Of a DNA stretch of 32,000 nucleotides, positions 29,859 through 32,000 are shown in pieces. A program made the translations under genes and the position numbers. Origin of the DNA: Candidatus Saccharimonadota bacterium (GTDB lineage Bacteria; Pseudomonadota; Gammaproteobacteria; Enterobacterales; Enterobacteriaceae); NCBI RefSeq assembly GCF_000090965.1, contig NC_008513.1:90001-122000 (forward strand), in the 5' to 3' direction. The notes below the pieces were generated by a model that worked only from the letters and a program-made list of their open reading frames with translations, had not been told where the DNA came from and did not search any database. How positions within the stretch are numbered: position 1 is the stretch's first letter; every line of letters begins with the position of its first letter.

Positions 29859-30404
29859 ATGAATATGAAAAATATATTTCTTGGTTTTTTAAGTCAAATT
29901 CGTAGTATATTAATGATTTTTAGCAACATTTTTTCTTTTCGTGAAACTCGTTTATATCCTGATGAACCTTTAAATTTATCATTAAGATATCGTGGTCGCA
30001 TTATTTTAACTCGTAATTCAAATGGTTCCGAACGTTGTGTTGCATGCAATCTTTGTTCCGCGGTATGCCCGGTAAATTGTATTTCATTAAAAAAATCAGA
30101 AGAAAAGAATGGTCGTTGGTATGCTAAATCTTTTCAAATAAATTTGTCTAGATGTATTTTTTGTGGATTATGTGAGGAAGCTTGTCCAACTATGGCGATA
30201 CAATTGACTCCTGATATAGAATTAAGTGAATTTAAAAGAAAAGAATTGTTATATAAAAAAAAAAATTTACTATTTTCTGGTCCGGGAAAATTTTCAAAAT
30301 ATGATTTTTATTCTATTTCAGGGGTTAATACAACGTATGATTTAAAAAAAAATCTTTCAAAAAAAATATCAAATTGTGTTGATGTAACTGATTTATTACC
30401 ATAA
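29859..30404 (+). CDS. nuoI: NADH-quinone oxidoreductase subunit I
   Basis: 181 aa. Two CxxCxxCxxxCP motifs ([24 protein letters not shown]) are present. AGGA lies upstream. Confidence 0.96.
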   Translation: MNMKNIFLGFLSQIRSILMIFSNIFSFRETRLYPDEPLNLSLRYRGRIILTRNSNGSERCVACNLCSAVCPVNCISLKKSEEKNGRWYAKSFQINLSRCIFCGLCEEACPTMAIQLTPDIELSEFKRKELLYKKKNLLFSGPGKFSKYDFYSISGVNTTYDLKKNLSKKISNCVDVTDLLP

Positions 30405-30420
30405 TTAAGGATAATTTTTC

Positions 30421-30906
30421 ATGGCAATCTCTTTTTGGTTATTTTCATTTTTAGCAGTTTTTTTTTCTATTTTAATAATGATTAGTATAAATTTAATTTA
30501 TTCTTTAATATATTTAATATTATTAATATTTTCTATTGCTAGTATTTTTTGTGTATTAGGTCTTTCATTTATAGGTGTATTAGAGGTTATTATTTATGCT
30601 GGAGCGATTACGGTTTTGTTTATTTTAATAGCAATTTTAATGCGACCTAAAAGATTTAGTAGGAATTTTTTTTTTAATAATTTAAAAAATTTTTTTTATT
30701 TTTCTTCTCTTTTTTTTACTATATTAATTTTTTTTATATTTTTTATACAAATTAATAGTAATAAAGATAAATTTTTCTTTTATAAAAAATTTTTAATTCA
30801 AGATATTTGTTTATGTTTATTTAATAAATATTTGTTTTTAATAGAATTTTCTTCATTATTATTATTATCTTCTGTATTATTAGTTTGTTTTTTTTTAAGA
30901 AAATAA
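30421..30906 (+). CDS. nuoJ: NADH-quinone oxidoreductase subunit J
   Basis: 161 aa hydrophobic protein. LEVIIYAGAITVLF matches the NuoJ core (E. coli LEIIVYAGAIMVLF). Position between nuoI and nuoK. AAGGA lies upstream. Confidence 0.88.
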   Translation: MAISFWLFSFLAVFFSILIMISINLIYSLIYLILLIFSIASIFCVLGLSFIGVLEVIIYAGAITVLFILIAILMRPKRFSRNFFFNNLKNFFYFSSLFFTILIFFIFFIQINSNKDKFFFYKKFLIQDICLCLFNKYLFLIEFSSLLLLSSVLLVCFFLRK

Positions 30907-30941
30907 TTTTTATATAATATTTAATAGGATAATATACAATT

Positions 30942-31244
30942 ATGTTGTCATTAAATTATGGATTTACCATATCAATTATTTTATTTTTTATAGGTATTAT
31001 TTCTTTATTAATACATAAAAATTTAATATTTATATTAGTTAGTTTAGAAGTATTAATAAATTCGATTATATTAGGATTTATATTAATAGGAAAATATTGG
31101 AAACAAATTGATTGTTGCGTTTTATATATTTTCATTGTTACCATAGCTACAGTAGAAGTTAGTGTAATGCTAGCAATTTTTTTAAGAATATATCAACGTT
31201 ATCATACATTAGATATATATAAATTAAGAGAGATTTCTAAATGA
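30942..31244 (+). CDS. nuoK: NADH-quinone oxidoreductase subunit K
   Basis: 100 aa. Both membrane glutamates are kept (SLEVLIN, ATVEVSV). AGGA lies upstream. Confidence 0.92.
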   Translation: MLSLNYGFTISIILFFIGIISLLIHKNLIFILVSLEVLINSIILGFILIGKYWKQIDCCVLYIFIVTIATVEVSVMLAIFLRIYQRYHTLDIYKLREISK

Positions 31245-32000
31245 ATTTAATTTTTTATATTGTTTTATTTCCATTATTAAGTTTTTTTTTATTGTTTTTT
31301 TTTCAGAATTTTTTTTCAAAAAAAAATATTTCAATGATTTGTATTTTTTCTCTTATAGTTTCGTTTGTTTTTTATTTATATGTTTTTTATAATTATTATA
31401 AAAATAATGTTTTTAAAGTTTTTTTTATTTCAGTATGTAATTGGATTACTTTAAATAATTATAATATTAAATTAAAATTCTTAATAGATATTTTTTCTTT
31501 AACTATGTTAGGAATATTACAATTAATAAGTTTATGTGTTTTTATTTTTTCATTATGGTATATGAAAAAATCTCAAGAATATAAAAAATATTTTTTATAT
31601 ATGAATCTATTTGTTTTTTTTATGATGATATTTTTATTAACTTCAAATTTTTTAAGTATGTTTTTTGTTTGGGAATTAGTCGGACTTTGTTCTTATTTAT
31701 TAATTGGTTTTTATTATAAAAAAAAAAAAAATGGATATGCAGCTATTAAATCATTTTTAATGACTAGAATAAGTGATTTATTTTTTTTGATTGCTATTTT
31801 TTTAATTTTTTTAAAATTTAATACACTAGATTTTTTTGTATTAAAATATTATTTAAAAGAAATTATTTTTTTAAATAATTATACTAATGATTTGTTTTGG
31901 ATTACTTTTTTTTTAACAATTGCAGTAATAGGTAAATCAGCACAAGTTCCTCTTCATACTTGGTTAACAGGAGCTATGGTAGGTCCAACTCCAGCTTCAG
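31241..32000 (+). CDS. nuoL: NADH-quinone oxidoreductase subunit L (3' end lies outside the window)
   Basis: Not in the ORF track because no stop falls inside the window. The ATG at 31241 overlaps the nuoK TGA (ATGA). The frame is open to base 32000 and encodes ..[53 protein letters not shown]. This matches E. coli NuoL ([53 protein letters not shown]). Confidence 0.92.
   Translation, partial: [253 protein letters not shown]

Noticed and set aside
1574-31144. The other short track ORFs nested in annotated genes: 1574-1771, 8866-9060, 13207-13392, 13477-13722, 18064-18252, 18303-18512, 20556-20759, 21205-21423, 21857-22045 and 30956-31144.
   Set aside because: Each is 61-81 aa and lies completely inside, in another frame or antisense to, a gene with strong homology support. 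The sequences are low-complexity. There is no independent evidence for any of them.
1-32000. Search for tRNA, rRNA or other structured RNA genes, CRISPR arrays, IS or phage remnants, toxin-antitoxin or defence loci, or any foreign-composition island.
   Set aside because: None found. Every GC-enriched patch maps to a conserved protein motif, the sigma32 promoter or the hairpins listed. All substantial ORFs are housekeeping genes in conserved order. I do not see an undescribed multi-gene system in this window.

Overview
This is a very AT-rich (about four-fifths A+T by eye), gene-dense stretch of core genome from a reduced gammaproteobacterial insect endosymbiont. The gene order is pheT-ihfA / glyS-glyQ / nfo-rplY / rsmA / carB-carA-dapB / ileS / rpsT / dnaJ-dnaK / nuoA..nuoL. 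I know this order from Buchnera aphidicola. The absence of apaH/folA, lspA and ribF at their expected positions points to a strongly reduced lineage; this is inference, not a database hit. I support 25 protein genes, two of them cut by the window edges. I also support one well-conserved sigma32 heat-shock promoter and a few GC-containing hairpins. I see no tRNA, rRNA, CRISPR, IS or phage sequence, and no novel multi-gene system; this is housekeeping synteny. The observations worth a second look are small lesions and structures. (1) A compensated frameshift scrambles the invariant PFDxPExE loop of NuoH. (2) The 5' end of nuoC(D) is severed into an SD-driven 13-codon leader whose TGA overlaps the ATG of the main ORF. 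(3) dnaJ carries a decayed tandem duplication that is read in two frames. (4) carA has lost its stop and runs 22 nt into carB across an A8 tract. (5) The ihfA-glyS spacer contains nested inverted repeats. (6) Many A/T homopolymers of 11-16 nt sit in-frame inside genes. The ORF track also needs three corrections. pheT is open to base 1. nuoC(D) is open back to an ATG at 22430. nuoL (31241 to the window end) is missing from the track.
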